A DNA stretch of 62,999 bases from Pseudomonadales bacterium (GTDB taxonomy: Bacteria; Verrucomicrobiota; Verrucomicrobiia; Limisphaerales; UBA11358). The stretch covers positions 1 through 62,999 of the forward strand of contig DATJXK010000177.1 of NCBI GenBank assembly GCA_035500235.1, given 5' to 3'. The notes under the pieces were generated by a model that saw nothing but the letters and a program-made list of their open reading frames with translations, did no database searches and was not told the origin of the DNA. A program made the translations under genes and the position numbers. Below, in pieces: positions 45,770 through 55,200 of the stretch (position 1 is its first letter; each line of letters opens with the position of its first letter).

Positions 45770-48361
45770 TTAGTTGGTTTGGGCATCTTGAACGTCCACC
45801 AGTCCAAAGTCGATATATTGTCCCCCCGTGGTTTGATGACAATGGACTGCAATCACATTTTTGCCGGGTTTAAGCGCCGCTTTGGCTTCCGGGGTTAAAG
45901 GAAAGGTGTCGTAGTTAACAATAAATCCGTTGACCCGCAAGGCCAGCACGCCATTGATATAGACTTCGGCATCTTCGTCGTGATGCAACCAGGCTTGCAG
46001 GTCATCGTAGGTAGCCGGGGTCCAATTGAATTCACGGCGCAGCCAAATGTCGTCGGTCCGCCAAACGGTGCCGATCACAGCGCCCGGCGTTCCGCGCGTG
46101 CCAAATCCGCTCTTACCCTGTTTCCATGAGGAATCATCAAAGCCCGGTTTCATCCAGTCGTCCTCCGGCGCGGCCATAGTATAACTCCACGTAGCCGGTT
46201 GTCGGTCGGCTGCGGGAAGAACTACATTTATTTTGGCCATGCCAGGAAGCGCAGCCCATTTCGATGCCCTAGTTTGGTCTTGCGCGGTGTACTTTTGCCA
46301 GTCTGGTTTGTCATAAAGCATCTGGAGGAAAACTCCGCCCACAACCGGTCGCGCATCAAACCCAACCTTGCGCGCGGTTTTGGTTTGATACCAGTCCGAC
46401 ATAGGCGTGCGGTCGCTAGTCGCATTTAGATAAGCAACGACCAGATTAACCAGGTCTGCAAAATCCTGGCGATTTTGGGTCAGGGTCGCTGTCCACAAGG
46501 TCCAGTCCAATTTCGTGTAGGTTTCGCGGTCGTCCAGCGGAAGGCCATATTGATTCTCCCTTGTTTTATAAAAACTTATTTCTTTTTCCGCGACGGCGGG
46601 AGGAAATAAATTCAATCCCAGGATTCGGTCCCAAACCAAATTGTATTTCTGGCTCCAAGTGCCAGCCTTGTTGAAAGCCAGGCGAAAATGGTCGCCATCA
46701 TCCGCCTCAGTCGCCCATCGCTGGGCATATTGGCACGCCAACTGCGAATATTCCGCGGCTTCGGCGGTATCGCCCCGCATCTCACATAATTTCGCGTAGG
46801 CGCCAAGTGCGCAGATCGTTTTGGCAGAGAGATTCACATTATGCGCCAAATGTCCGGCGAAATCGTCAGTACAAAGCTGGTTCTCAGGATCAAACCCTTT
46901 ATCTTTCAAGTAATTCGCCCATTGTTGAAGTACCGTCCAATAGGAATTGGCAAAGTTCGCGTTGCCTTCCATCTCTGCCACCGCGCAGAACAGCAAAAGC
47001 AAATTGCCGCTCTCCTCGACCGGCATCTGATCTGTCGCGCTCGTCTCGCCTCCGCCATAAACCTGGCCGTTGGCCTGCGGATATGTTCCAAGATCGTGGG
47101 GCGCGAACGGAAATTTCCAGCGGTCGCTCGCGGCATAGTTCATGAAAGGAACCATGAATGATTTCGCCAGCGTGGGTCCGAACAACAGAAATTGCGGCGA
47201 CATCGGATAAAACACGTCGGACGTACAGATGCAACCGTTCGAATGGTTTTCTTTGCAAAAGAACATGGGCTGACCATTATCATCAGCCACAAATGTTCCA
47301 GCGGCAAAACATTGCCGATAGGCGAGCGCGGCCAATTCCGCATAATTTTCGCCACCGGCCTTGCGCAAATCATTCATCAATTCGTTGTCGAATGACGCAC
47401 AACGTTTCTGCAACGATGGGTAATCTTTGGCTGCCGCCTGCAGCAGGTCTGCCGCCTGCCAGCCATTGCGGCGCCAGTACGGGCGCAAATTGTGCCTCAT
47501 GTATTGAATCGAATACAGGTCGTCGTAAGCCAGGATTAAATGGCAGGACACGGGCTTTTTCCGGACCGAACCCAAATTGGCGGCAAAGGCAATCACCGTA
47601 TCGTTACGATCGTTGTGTTGAAGCGATGCCGTATCGGCCGGAGCGGGCAGATCGCCGTTCCCCATGAATTGGCTCTCGGTGGCATTTTCGGAATTAGCGG
47701 TGAGGTCGGCCCGTTCACTGTCCGGTACAGCCACATAAAAGTAGCCCCAGTCTATCCGCACATCGTCTCCTTTTTCCACTAACACAGGTTGTTCGACCGT
47801 GCCCACACTCCATGCTTTGACTTTGGCCGAATCCGCTTTTTGAAAATTAACGGCCTGTTTGGGCACATTGACGGCGATTTCCGAGCTGGCATCAAAATAA
47901 ACCGAGACGTCATGGGCCTTACCATCCGTAGACTGCGCCTGCCAGGTCAAGTAAGTAACAGGCCGGGATACCAGATCCACGTTGCCCGGCAAATCAGCCG
48001 TCATAAACGTCAAGGTCAATTGTATGCCGGCATCATCAAAAGTGTAAATCGTCCGCGTCGGCAGGACGGTGAGGCTGGATTGTGAAAGAGCGGGTAGATT
48101 CTGGGGCGATGCTCCCATTACACGAAAAGTCTTCCCGTCAATTCGCACCAGGCTGGTCAGGCGTTGCGGCTTGCCCGTCCAATGAGTCGTGTCCGTGTCC
48201 GTCAATTTATCCGCCGCTGACCAAATGCTGAAATAAGGATCGCAAGCTACGAGCGGCACTGCCGGAGGCCGGAATGTCTTTGCATTCACGCTGGTTGCCA
48301 TGCTGATGAACAGTATCCATGAAGCCCATCTGAAGCGGTGTCGTAAAAAAGTTTTAAACAT
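45770..48361 (-). CDS. DUF4965/DUF5127 glutaminase-A-like putative glycoside hydrolase with C-terminal jelly-roll sugar-binding domain
   Basis: 863 aa with a signal peptide. The N-terminus FRPPAVPLVACDPYFSIWSAADKLTD..WTGKPQ is typical of the DUF4964/5127/4965 architecture. C-terminus: DDSSWKQGKSGFG..IWLRREF. Confidence 0.8.
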   Translation of the reverse strand: MFKTFLRHRFRWASWILFISMATSVNAKTFRPPAVPLVACDPYFSIWSAADKLTDTDTTHWTGKPQRLTSLVRIDGKTFRVMGASPQNLPALSQSSLTVLPTRTIYTFDDAGIQLTLTFMTADLPGNVDLVSRPVTYLTWQAQSTDGKAHDVSVYFDASSEIAVNVPKQAVNFQKADSAKVKAWSVGTVEQPVLVEKGDDVRIDWGYFYVAVPDSERADLTANSENATESQFMGNGDLPAPADTASLQHNDRNDTVIAFAANLGSVRKKPVSCHLILAYDDLYSIQYMRHNLRPYWRRNGWQAADLLQAAAKDYPSLQKRCASFDNELMNDLRKAGGENYAELAALAYRQCFAAGTFVADDNGQPMFFCKENHSNGCICTSDVFYPMSPQFLLFGPTLAKSFMVPFMNYAASDRWKFPFAPHDLGTYPQANGQVYGGGETSATDQMPVEESGNLLLLFCAVAEMEGNANFANSYWTVLQQWANYLKDKGFDPENQLCTDDFAGHLAHNVNLSAKTICALGAYAKLCEMRGDTAEAAEYSQLACQYAQRWATEADDGDHFRLAFNKAGTWSQKYNLVWDRILGLNLFPPAVAEKEISFYKTRENQYGLPLDDRETYTKLDWTLWTATLTQNRQDFADLVNLVVAYLNATSDRTPMSDWYQTKTARKVGFDARPVVGGVFLQMLYDKPDWQKYTAQDQTRASKWAALPGMAKINVVLPAADRQPATWSYTMAAPEDDWMKPGFDDSSWKQGKSGFGTRGTPGAVIGTVWRTDDIWLRREFNWTPATYDDLQAWLHHDEDAEVYINGVLALRVNGFIVNYDTFPLTPEAKAALKPGKNVIAVHCHQTTGGQYIDFGLVDVQDAQTN

Positions 48362-48403
48362 AAAAAGAAAGATAAGAAAGCCTGAACTATTATTCCCGGA
48401 GCG

Positions 48404-49300
48404 TTATTGCTCCATGGGACCGGAACCGGGAAGCCAAGATACCGTCCAGGTTACTTCTGTATGAGGATTGTTATCATTGTTCCAACGCGCACGCCACATC
48501 ATATTGTTGGGATCAATCACATCATTTCGGTGCGGGGATTCCACATGCCCATCCGCAAACACGATGTCGGTATTAAAGCTATGCCGGTTGCAGGGAACCT
48601 GCGGGTGCCAGGTTGGATCTTGTGTCGTAGTCCAGGAAGTCGGAGGAGTGGTGTTGGCGCTGTACATAATTTGGCCGGAGGGCGTGTCAGAGCGAACATC
48701 GGCGACGACGATCATGTCGGAAGGATGGCGCACGATGATTTCTTTGACTGGCGGAGTTCCAACGTCTCCTCCCATTCCCAGAACCGTGGCCCAGCCCATA
48801 TTTAATCCCCAGTCATTCCAACCATATGAAAAACGAGTTCCATTCAAGCCGGGGTCACCAGTAAGAATACCAAATTGATCCAGTTTGCCATTTTCACCAA
48901 TCACGGATTTGACGGTCGTGTTGGCTACATTATCCCAGGCACTTTGCGGAAGGGCGGCGGGGCAATAGAAGGCCTTCCGGCCGCCGGTATAATTCAGAAG
49001 GCGCGGTTGCCACACATAATAGGCCGACGCATTATTGGGTTTGCTGAGACAACTGGGATACACTCCGTTAAAATCACTGGGATACATGGAAATGGCGAGG
49101 CCAATCTCGCGCAGGTTATTAATACAGGAAGTTTGTTGGCCACGCTTTTTGGCCTGATTTAAAACGGGCAACAAAATGGCGGCCAAAATGGCGATAATGG
49201 CGATAACCACAAGCAGCTCAATGAGCGTAAAGCCGCCCGCCCTTTTCCGATTAGAAAACGGATACTGTCCAGAATGAAATCTATTCCCTTGCACGTTCAT
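48404..49300 (-). CDS. Prepilin-type N-terminal cleavage/methylation protein of the H-X9-DG family, pseudopilin 3 (first gene of the mannan operon)
   Basis: 298 aa. Canonical G|FTLIE site: [39 protein letters not shown]-terminal [16 protein letters not shown] is H-X9-DG. Only 42 nt separate it from the next gene. Confidence 0.9.
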   Translation of the reverse strand: MNVQGNRFHSGQYPFSNRKRAGGFTLIELLVVIAIIAILAAILLPVLNQAKKRGQQTSCINNLREIGLAISMYPSDFNGVYPSCLSKPNNASAYYVWQPRLLNYTGGRKAFYCPAALPQSAWDNVANTTVKSVIGENGKLDQFGILTGDPGLNGTRFSYGWNDWGLNMGWATVLGMGGDVGTPPVKEIIVRHPSDMIVVADVRSDTPSGQIMYSANTTPPTSWTTTQDPTWHPQVPCNRHSFNTDIVFADGHVESPHRNDVIDPNNMMWRARWNNDNNPHTEVTWTVSWLPGSGPMEQ

Positions 49301-49420
49301 TTTTCGTCAAATAACACGACCAGATAATTCTCTCCGAAACGGCAAAATAATATTGCAGGCGGCAGTGCCTTGATGGCTTGTTTCATGGTCTTGATTGAAC
49401 CTAGTTCCAGTGACTTTATT

Positions 49421-49446
49421 TGTCATGTGGCATGAAATGGCCACAA
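49421..49446. promoter_or_regulatory. Conserved 26-nt box, copy 1 (TGTCATGTGGCATGAAATGGCCACAA)
   Basis: Differs at one position from 56669-56694. It contains the inverted repeat TGTGGC-N8-GCCACA. It lies 120 nt from the pseudopilin 3 ATG (49300) and 52 nt from the TPR gene ATG (49499). Confidence 0.5.
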
Positions 49447-49498
49447 ACACGAAGGGGAATTACTGTTAAGGTAAGAGCCTCTAAGCTATAAATCCCAC

Positions 49499-52012
49499 AT
49501 GAAACCCGGCCCCAAAAAGAGGTCCGCGAAGCAGACGAATGGGCAAAAAGGTATACGAAGGAAAAATTCACCTTCTCTTAGCCCGGGCAAATTGTGGTTT
49601 TTTCGGTCGTTGCTAATTGTTGGCGTGCCCATCGCTTTTTTAGGGACGACAGAATTATCATTGCGACTGGCGGGTTTCGGTTACCCTACTGCGTTCCTAT
49701 TGCCATCACAACGTGATGACCAAAAAGTACTTGTGCAGAACAATCAATTTGGCTGGCGCTTTTTTGGCGCGGCCATGGCCCGCATACCGGAATCGATTTG
49801 TGTTCCTAAAGCCAAAGATCCGGACACGGTTCGCATCATCGTTTTTGGCGAATCAGCCGCCCAGGGCGACCCACAGCCAGATTTCGGATTACCAAGGATG
49901 TTGCAGGCGATGCTGGAACTGCGCTATCCGGACACGCACTTTGAAGTCATTAATGCGGCGATGGTGGCAATTAACTCCAACGTGATTCTTCCCATAGCCC
50001 GTGATTGCGCCAAAGCAGACGGGGACATTTGGGTCATCTATATGGGAAATAACGAAGTAGTTGGACCCTATGGCGCCGGCACAGTCTTTGGTCAACAGAC
50101 TCCACCGCTTTCACTCATTCGGACGGACCTGGCACTGAAATCCACACGCGTCGGGCAACTTATCAGTGGACTCGTGAGCGGAATTCATAAATCGCGTTCG
50201 GACCAAACTCAATGGGGTGGCATGGAAATGTTCTTGAACCAACAGGTAGCGGCTGATGATCCGCGCATGCAGACCGTCTATAACCACTTTTCTAAAAATC
50301 TCTCGGATATTATAAGCACGGGAAGGCACAGCGGCGCAAGAATCGTCGTCAGTACTGTGGCGGTCAATTTGAGGGACTGTGCGCCATTTGCCTCAGAACA
50401 TCGCCCAGGATTGAGTGACAGTGACAAAAATAAATGGGAATCGCTTTATGCAAACGGCGTCGCGGCGCAAACCGCCGGCCATCTGGAAGAGGCGGCTGAT
50501 ATCTTTCGAGAAGCTGCGCAGATAGACAGTGATTTTGCCGAGCTCCGCTTTCGCCAGGGTTGTTGCGCGCTGGCTTTGGGTAAAAACGCCGAGGCGCAAC
50601 AGCAGTTCATTGCCGCCCGTGATTTGGATACCTTACGTTTTCGGTGTGACAGCCAACTCAATGACTCAATCAGGCGCATCGTTTCGGGTTATGGCGACCC
50701 GCAAATAGTCCTGGCGGATGCAGAACGGTCTTTTGCCGGGCAGAGTCCGGACGGTTTACCTGGAGATAATTTATTCTACGAGCATGTTCATCCGAATTTC
50801 GATGGTAATTATTTGCTGGCCCTGACTTTGGCGCCTAAGGTGGAAAGCCTGTTACCAAAAAAGGTCACAGTCCAAGCGCCAGCGAGCCGCGACTGGCCAT
50901 CGGAAGCCGCTTGCGCCCGACGCCTGGCATGGTCCACCTGGGATGAAGAGGCGGCTTTGGCGGATATTTTTTCCCGAATGACGAAGCCACCTTTCAGTGG
51001 CCAAATGAATCACGAAGAAGAACTCGATAAAACGAAAGCTGCATTGGAACATTTAATCCCGGCGACTGAACCTCCCGGTATTCAGAATGCCGAAAATGTT
51101 TGCGAACAGGCGTTGAATTTAGCTCCAGACGACCCGGTAGTGCGGGAGCGGTTGGCTGTACTCGAGCAATTGTCCGGGAATATGAATGACGCAACGGTTA
51201 ATGCGCAAAAAGTTGCCGAAATTCTTCCCAGCAGTTCGGAGGACTGGTCGCAACTGGGAACGATCCTAGCCGAGCAACACCGATATGACGACGCGGTAGC
51301 GGCGTTCCGCAACGCGATCCAATGGGAATCCGAATCGGTATGGGCGTTTAAAAATCTCGCACAGTCGTTGAATGATTTGGGACAGCCCGGACAGGCGATC
51401 ACCGAATACAAGCGTGCCCTGGCTATCAACCCGCATTTTGGACCGGCATGGCTTGGCCTGGGCCAAATTTACGAGAAGATGGGAGACAAGGTTAAAGCCG
51501 AAGACTGTTACCAAAAAGCCCTGTCAAACCGGGTCCAAAACGGCCCTGAACTGAAGACACTCGCACAATTTTGTGCCAGTCGCGGCTGGTATGAGGCGGC
51601 GGCGACAAACTATGAGGATGCGATAACGCTAAGTCCCGGGAATGCGCGACTCTATGTGGAGGCGGGACAAAATCTCGAAGCTTTGAACCGTCATGCGGAT
51701 GCTGAGAAGCTATTTGCGGAAGCAGTTAGACTATCGCCGGATTTAGAAGAAGCGCATTTTCTTTATGGCCTCGAACTCGGGCGAGACGGCAATGCCGCCG
51801 GAGCAGCCGAACAATTTCGCGAAGCCGTGCGAATCATGCCCGGTTTGGCTGAAGCACGCCTGAACCTGGGAGTCGCGCTCGAAAACGAAGGAAAATATTC
51901 CGAAGCCCTGGCTCAATTTGAGACCGTACTGGAACAAAACCCATCAAACGCGATGGCCGCAAGTCACGTAAGCGCATTACGGCAAAAACTTTCACTGCCG
52001 CTGTCTCGTTGA
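49499..52012 (+). CDS. Membrane-anchored SGNH/GDSL-like hydrolase domain fused to TPR repeats
   Basis: 837 aa with a basic N-terminus and one TM (LWFFRSLLIVGVPIAFLG). SGNH-like blocks: IIVFGESAAQGD, WVIYMGNNE and FYEHVHPN. The C-terminal half is made of TPR repeats: AWLGLGQIYEKMGDKVKAEDCYQKAL and others. Confidence 0.7.
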   Translation: MKPGPKKRSAKQTNGQKGIRRKNSPSLSPGKLWFFRSLLIVGVPIAFLGTTELSLRLAGFGYPTAFLLPSQRDDQKVLVQNNQFGWRFFGAAMARIPESICVPKAKDPDTVRIIVFGESAAQGDPQPDFGLPRMLQAMLELRYPDTHFEVINAAMVAINSNVILPIARDCAKADGDIWVIYMGNNEVVGPYGAGTVFGQQTPPLSLIRTDLALKSTRVGQLISGLVSGIHKSRSDQTQWGGMEMFLNQQVAADDPRMQTVYNHFSKNLSDIISTGRHSGARIVVSTVAVNLRDCAPFASEHRPGLSDSDKNKWESLYANGVAAQTAGHLEEAADIFREAAQIDSDFAELRFRQGCCALALGKNAEAQQQFIAARDLDTLRFRCDSQLNDSIRRIVSGYGDPQIVLADAERSFAGQSPDGLPGDNLFYEHVHPNFDGNYLLALTLAPKVESLLPKKVTVQAPASRDWPSEAACARRLAWSTWDEEAALADIFSRMTKPPFSGQMNHEEELDKTKAALEHLIPATEPPGIQNAENVCEQALNLAPDDPVVRERLAVLEQLSGNMNDATVNAQKVAEILPSSSEDWSQLGTILAEQHRYDDAVAAFRNAIQWESESVWAFKNLAQSLNDLGQPGQAITEYKRALAINPHFGPAWLGLGQIYEKMGDKVKAEDCYQKALSNRVQNGPELKTLAQFCASRGWYEAAATNYEDAITLSPGNARLYVEAGQNLEALNRHADAEKLFAEAVRLSPDLEEAHFLYGLELGRDGNAAGAAEQFREAVRIMPGLAEARLNLGVALENEGKYSEALAQFETVLEQNPSNAMAASHVSALRQKLSLPLSR

Positions 52013-52157
52013 TGACATCGCCGGTGCCAGGCCAAAATCCTGAATCCCATTGGCGGGCCAACGCAACGTTTGTGCTTCTCTAAATTGACGATGATTCCCC
52101 TCCCCTAAATTTCGGCCCCATTAATCACGACCGCACCAGCTAATAAATAAAAGAAAA

Positions 52158-52190
52158 AGCCGGAGCCAAACTGGCCCCCGGCTTTCTTGA
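52158..52190. terminator. Candidate bidirectional terminator between the convergent TPR and LamG-giant genes
   Basis: AGCCGGAGCC AAACT GGCCCCCGGCT forms an imperfect GC-rich stem. It is flanked by AAAAGAAAAA on the left and TTCTT on the right, in the 199-nt gap between the stops at 52012 and 52212. Confidence 0.45.
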
Positions 52191-52211
52191 GCGAATCCTA
52201 TGAAGATTGCT

Positions 52212-55200
52212 TTATGGGCTAACCAATAGCTTGAAGAACGCGGCTTTGTTCGTTGCCGGTATGGTGTAAGGCGACGTGGCCGTGCTGTTCGTGGTCCACG
52301 GGCCCAGTATGTTCGTTGATTGCAGAAGGGTTCCCGTCTGCCAGTTAAGCACAATGTTGTTCCCTGATGCCTTCGCAATTTGAATCAACTGCGGGCCTAA
52401 GACGTAGGTCCCGTTATAGAGACCCTGCACTTGAGCCCCGGTGAAGGACTGGTTAAAGATAGCCACGTGGGCAATGTTTGCCGCAGGCAACAATCTCTGT
52501 GTTCCGTAATCAGGCGCACCGCCAATCCATACGTCAAGGTTATCGCCCGGAGGAGGTGTGGCGATTGTATTACTGGCCACCAGCGCGCCGTCCACATAGA
52601 GCAAGCCGTTGTTGGGCTGACTGGTATTTCCCGTGTAGGTATAGACCAGCATGTGCCAGTTATCGTCATTGATATTGGCGCTGGTCGGAGCGGTGGCATC
52701 AGCCTGACTGGAGCCGGAATTACCAGCGGCCAAGCCGTCGCCAGGAGCGCCGTTTTGGGTAATCGCCAGACGCCATGACTGATCACCGTGGCCAACAACT
52801 CCGCCGAATTGTGCAGCGGTTTCCTGTTGTACCCAGGCGGTTATTGTAACCGGGCCGGTGATATTCAAATTTCCTTCAGGAATATCCACGATTGCCGAGA
52901 GGAAGCCGGCGGAGAGACTCGAACCGCCGAAGAACGACTGCGATGGACCAGGATTCCCGAGGCTGAAGCTCGAACCCGTAATGGAAGTGGTGGTGTAGGT
53001 TCCATTATCTGCACCCACTACATCGTACGCAGTCGTGCCATCAGTTTCCTGCAGAGGCCAGTAGGCAATTGGGCCATATTGCAACACGGCTTGTTCATAA
53101 GTAGTGGCAGCGATAACAGAAACGACAAGTTGCGAACTCAGGACGCTTCCATCCAGGTTACTGACCAGAACTGTGTAAGTGCCCGCGCTAGTCGGCTGCA
53201 CGTTAGGAATCATCAAGGTTGGATTAGATGACGTGCTAATGGGTGTCGTACCATTGTTGAAGAACCACCGGTAGACGAAGGGCGAGGTGCCGACATTGGC
53301 CACGGTGGCGGTCAAAGTTGCGCCTTGCAGGAACGTATCACTGGCTGCCGGCTGTTGCGTTATGATCGGCGGGCTGGTGGGCACGCTGATGGTTGAGCTG
53401 GCTCCGGTGGTTCCGTTGAGCGTTGCGCTAATGGTGGCGCTACCCGTGCCAACAGCGGTCACCAGGCCGCTGCTGCTTACTTTCAGGATGTTGGTGTTGC
53501 TGCTGGTCCAATTGGTAACTGAGCCAGTGATATTTACCCCTGAGGCGTCAGCAAAGTTGCCGGTGGCGCTGGCTGGCTGGCTCAGGCCCTGGACCATGGT
53601 ATTATTGGTGACTGAGACGCTGATAGAAGTCGGCGTCAAGTTGGTGACCACGACACCGGCGCCAGCGGCGGCACTGATCTCAAGATACAAGGGTGACTGA
53701 GCACCGTCCCAGATACGGAACTCATAAATGGTGCCCTGGAATTGCGTATCACCGTAGGTGTCGTTACCCAGCCAATTTTGTGAGGTGCCGGCCGGCGCCC
53801 CAATAGTACCGGGAATATAAGTGGCATCCGGATATACCTGGGTGCCGCTCACATTGCCATTGGTATAAATATTGGCTGTTAAGTTGCCGACATTAAAGGT
53901 AAAGGCCGTATATACTTTCTGGCCTGAGGGGAACAGGTTACCTGTAATCGTATCAATTTCATTGCCATGAGGCGTGATGGCGACATCAAGGTTCAGGATA
54001 CCTCGCTGCGGGAATGGGCACATCTCGAAGTTATGGTTGCCGTCATTGGCGAAATCCCAAACCGTCGCCCACTCCTGGGCCGTATTTTGAGTCACCCAGC
54101 ATTCCACTGTTAGCGACGTGGTATTGGTCAGTATCCCTGTGGGGAAGGCTACGTAGCCGGAGAACCCGCCGCCGCCGCCACCAGGCAAAGTAAGCCCATT
54201 ATTAATGCTCGCAGCCGTGCCGCCATTCGGACCAATGATTGTGCCATTAGCATGACCGACAGAATCCGAGGCATCACTGACGAAGCTGTAACGATGCAGC
54301 AAAACAGCCTGGGCGACGTTTAATGTCGCGGAAGCATTGGTGGTTCCCAGATTATTGGAAATCAGGACTGAATAAGTTCCGGAATTGGTCAGGGCAACGT
54401 TGTTCAAAACAAGCGTCGTATTAGTAGCCCCGGAAATGGGATTGCCGTCGAAGCTCCACTGGTAATTCAAATTCCCGCCCAGTCCCATGGTAGAGAAAGT
54501 GACATTATTGTCGTTGACGGCGGCCGTAACATTTGCGGGCTTCAGCGTGAAGACAGGCGGAGTGGAGGCAACTGTAATCGTGGCGCTGGTTGCGGTCACG
54601 CCGCTGACCGTGGCGCTCACGGTGGCGGTACCGCCGTTGACGCCGGTGATCAAACCGCTGCTGCTGACGGTGAGAACGTTCGGATTGCTGCTGACCCAAT
54701 TGGTGGCGCCGCCAGTCACATCGACGCTGGAAACCTGGATGAAGTTGGCCGTCACGGTGGCCTGCTGTGTTCCGGAGCCAATCATGCTGGTCGTCGTCAA
54801 ACCAATGTTGAGCAATGTCGGGACCGTGTTGGTAATAATGACCGAGGGACCGGCAGCCGCCGCAGCCGCTTCATAAACCGCTGACAAGGCGCCGTTCCAA
54901 ATGCGAAACTCATAGACGGTGCCTTGATACTGGTTATCCGGGAACGGATCCTGCCCGAAGACGTTGTTAGCAGTGCCTGCCGCACCACCAAATGAGCCAG
55001 GGATGTAGGTACGGTTGGGGAAACTTTGGGTGGCGAGGAGTTTTCCGTTATCATAAAGGGCGCTCTTTAACGCCGAACTGTCAAAAACGAAGGAAACGTA
55101 TTGTTCCGAATTGGTCGGGAAATGGATGCCTGAAACCGTGTCGATTTCGCCGCCATTGGGTGATACCGCGAATTCCAAATTACCATTGTCACGGCCCGGC

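Noticed and set aside
49421-49446. Sigma-54 (-24/-12) reading of the 26-nt box (TGGCAT-N5-GGCC) and of GGCAC-N5-TGCC at 22479-22492.
   Set aside because: The GG to GC spacing is N9, not the strictly required N10, and the -12 element is not TTGC. No enhancer-binding-protein gene is in the window.
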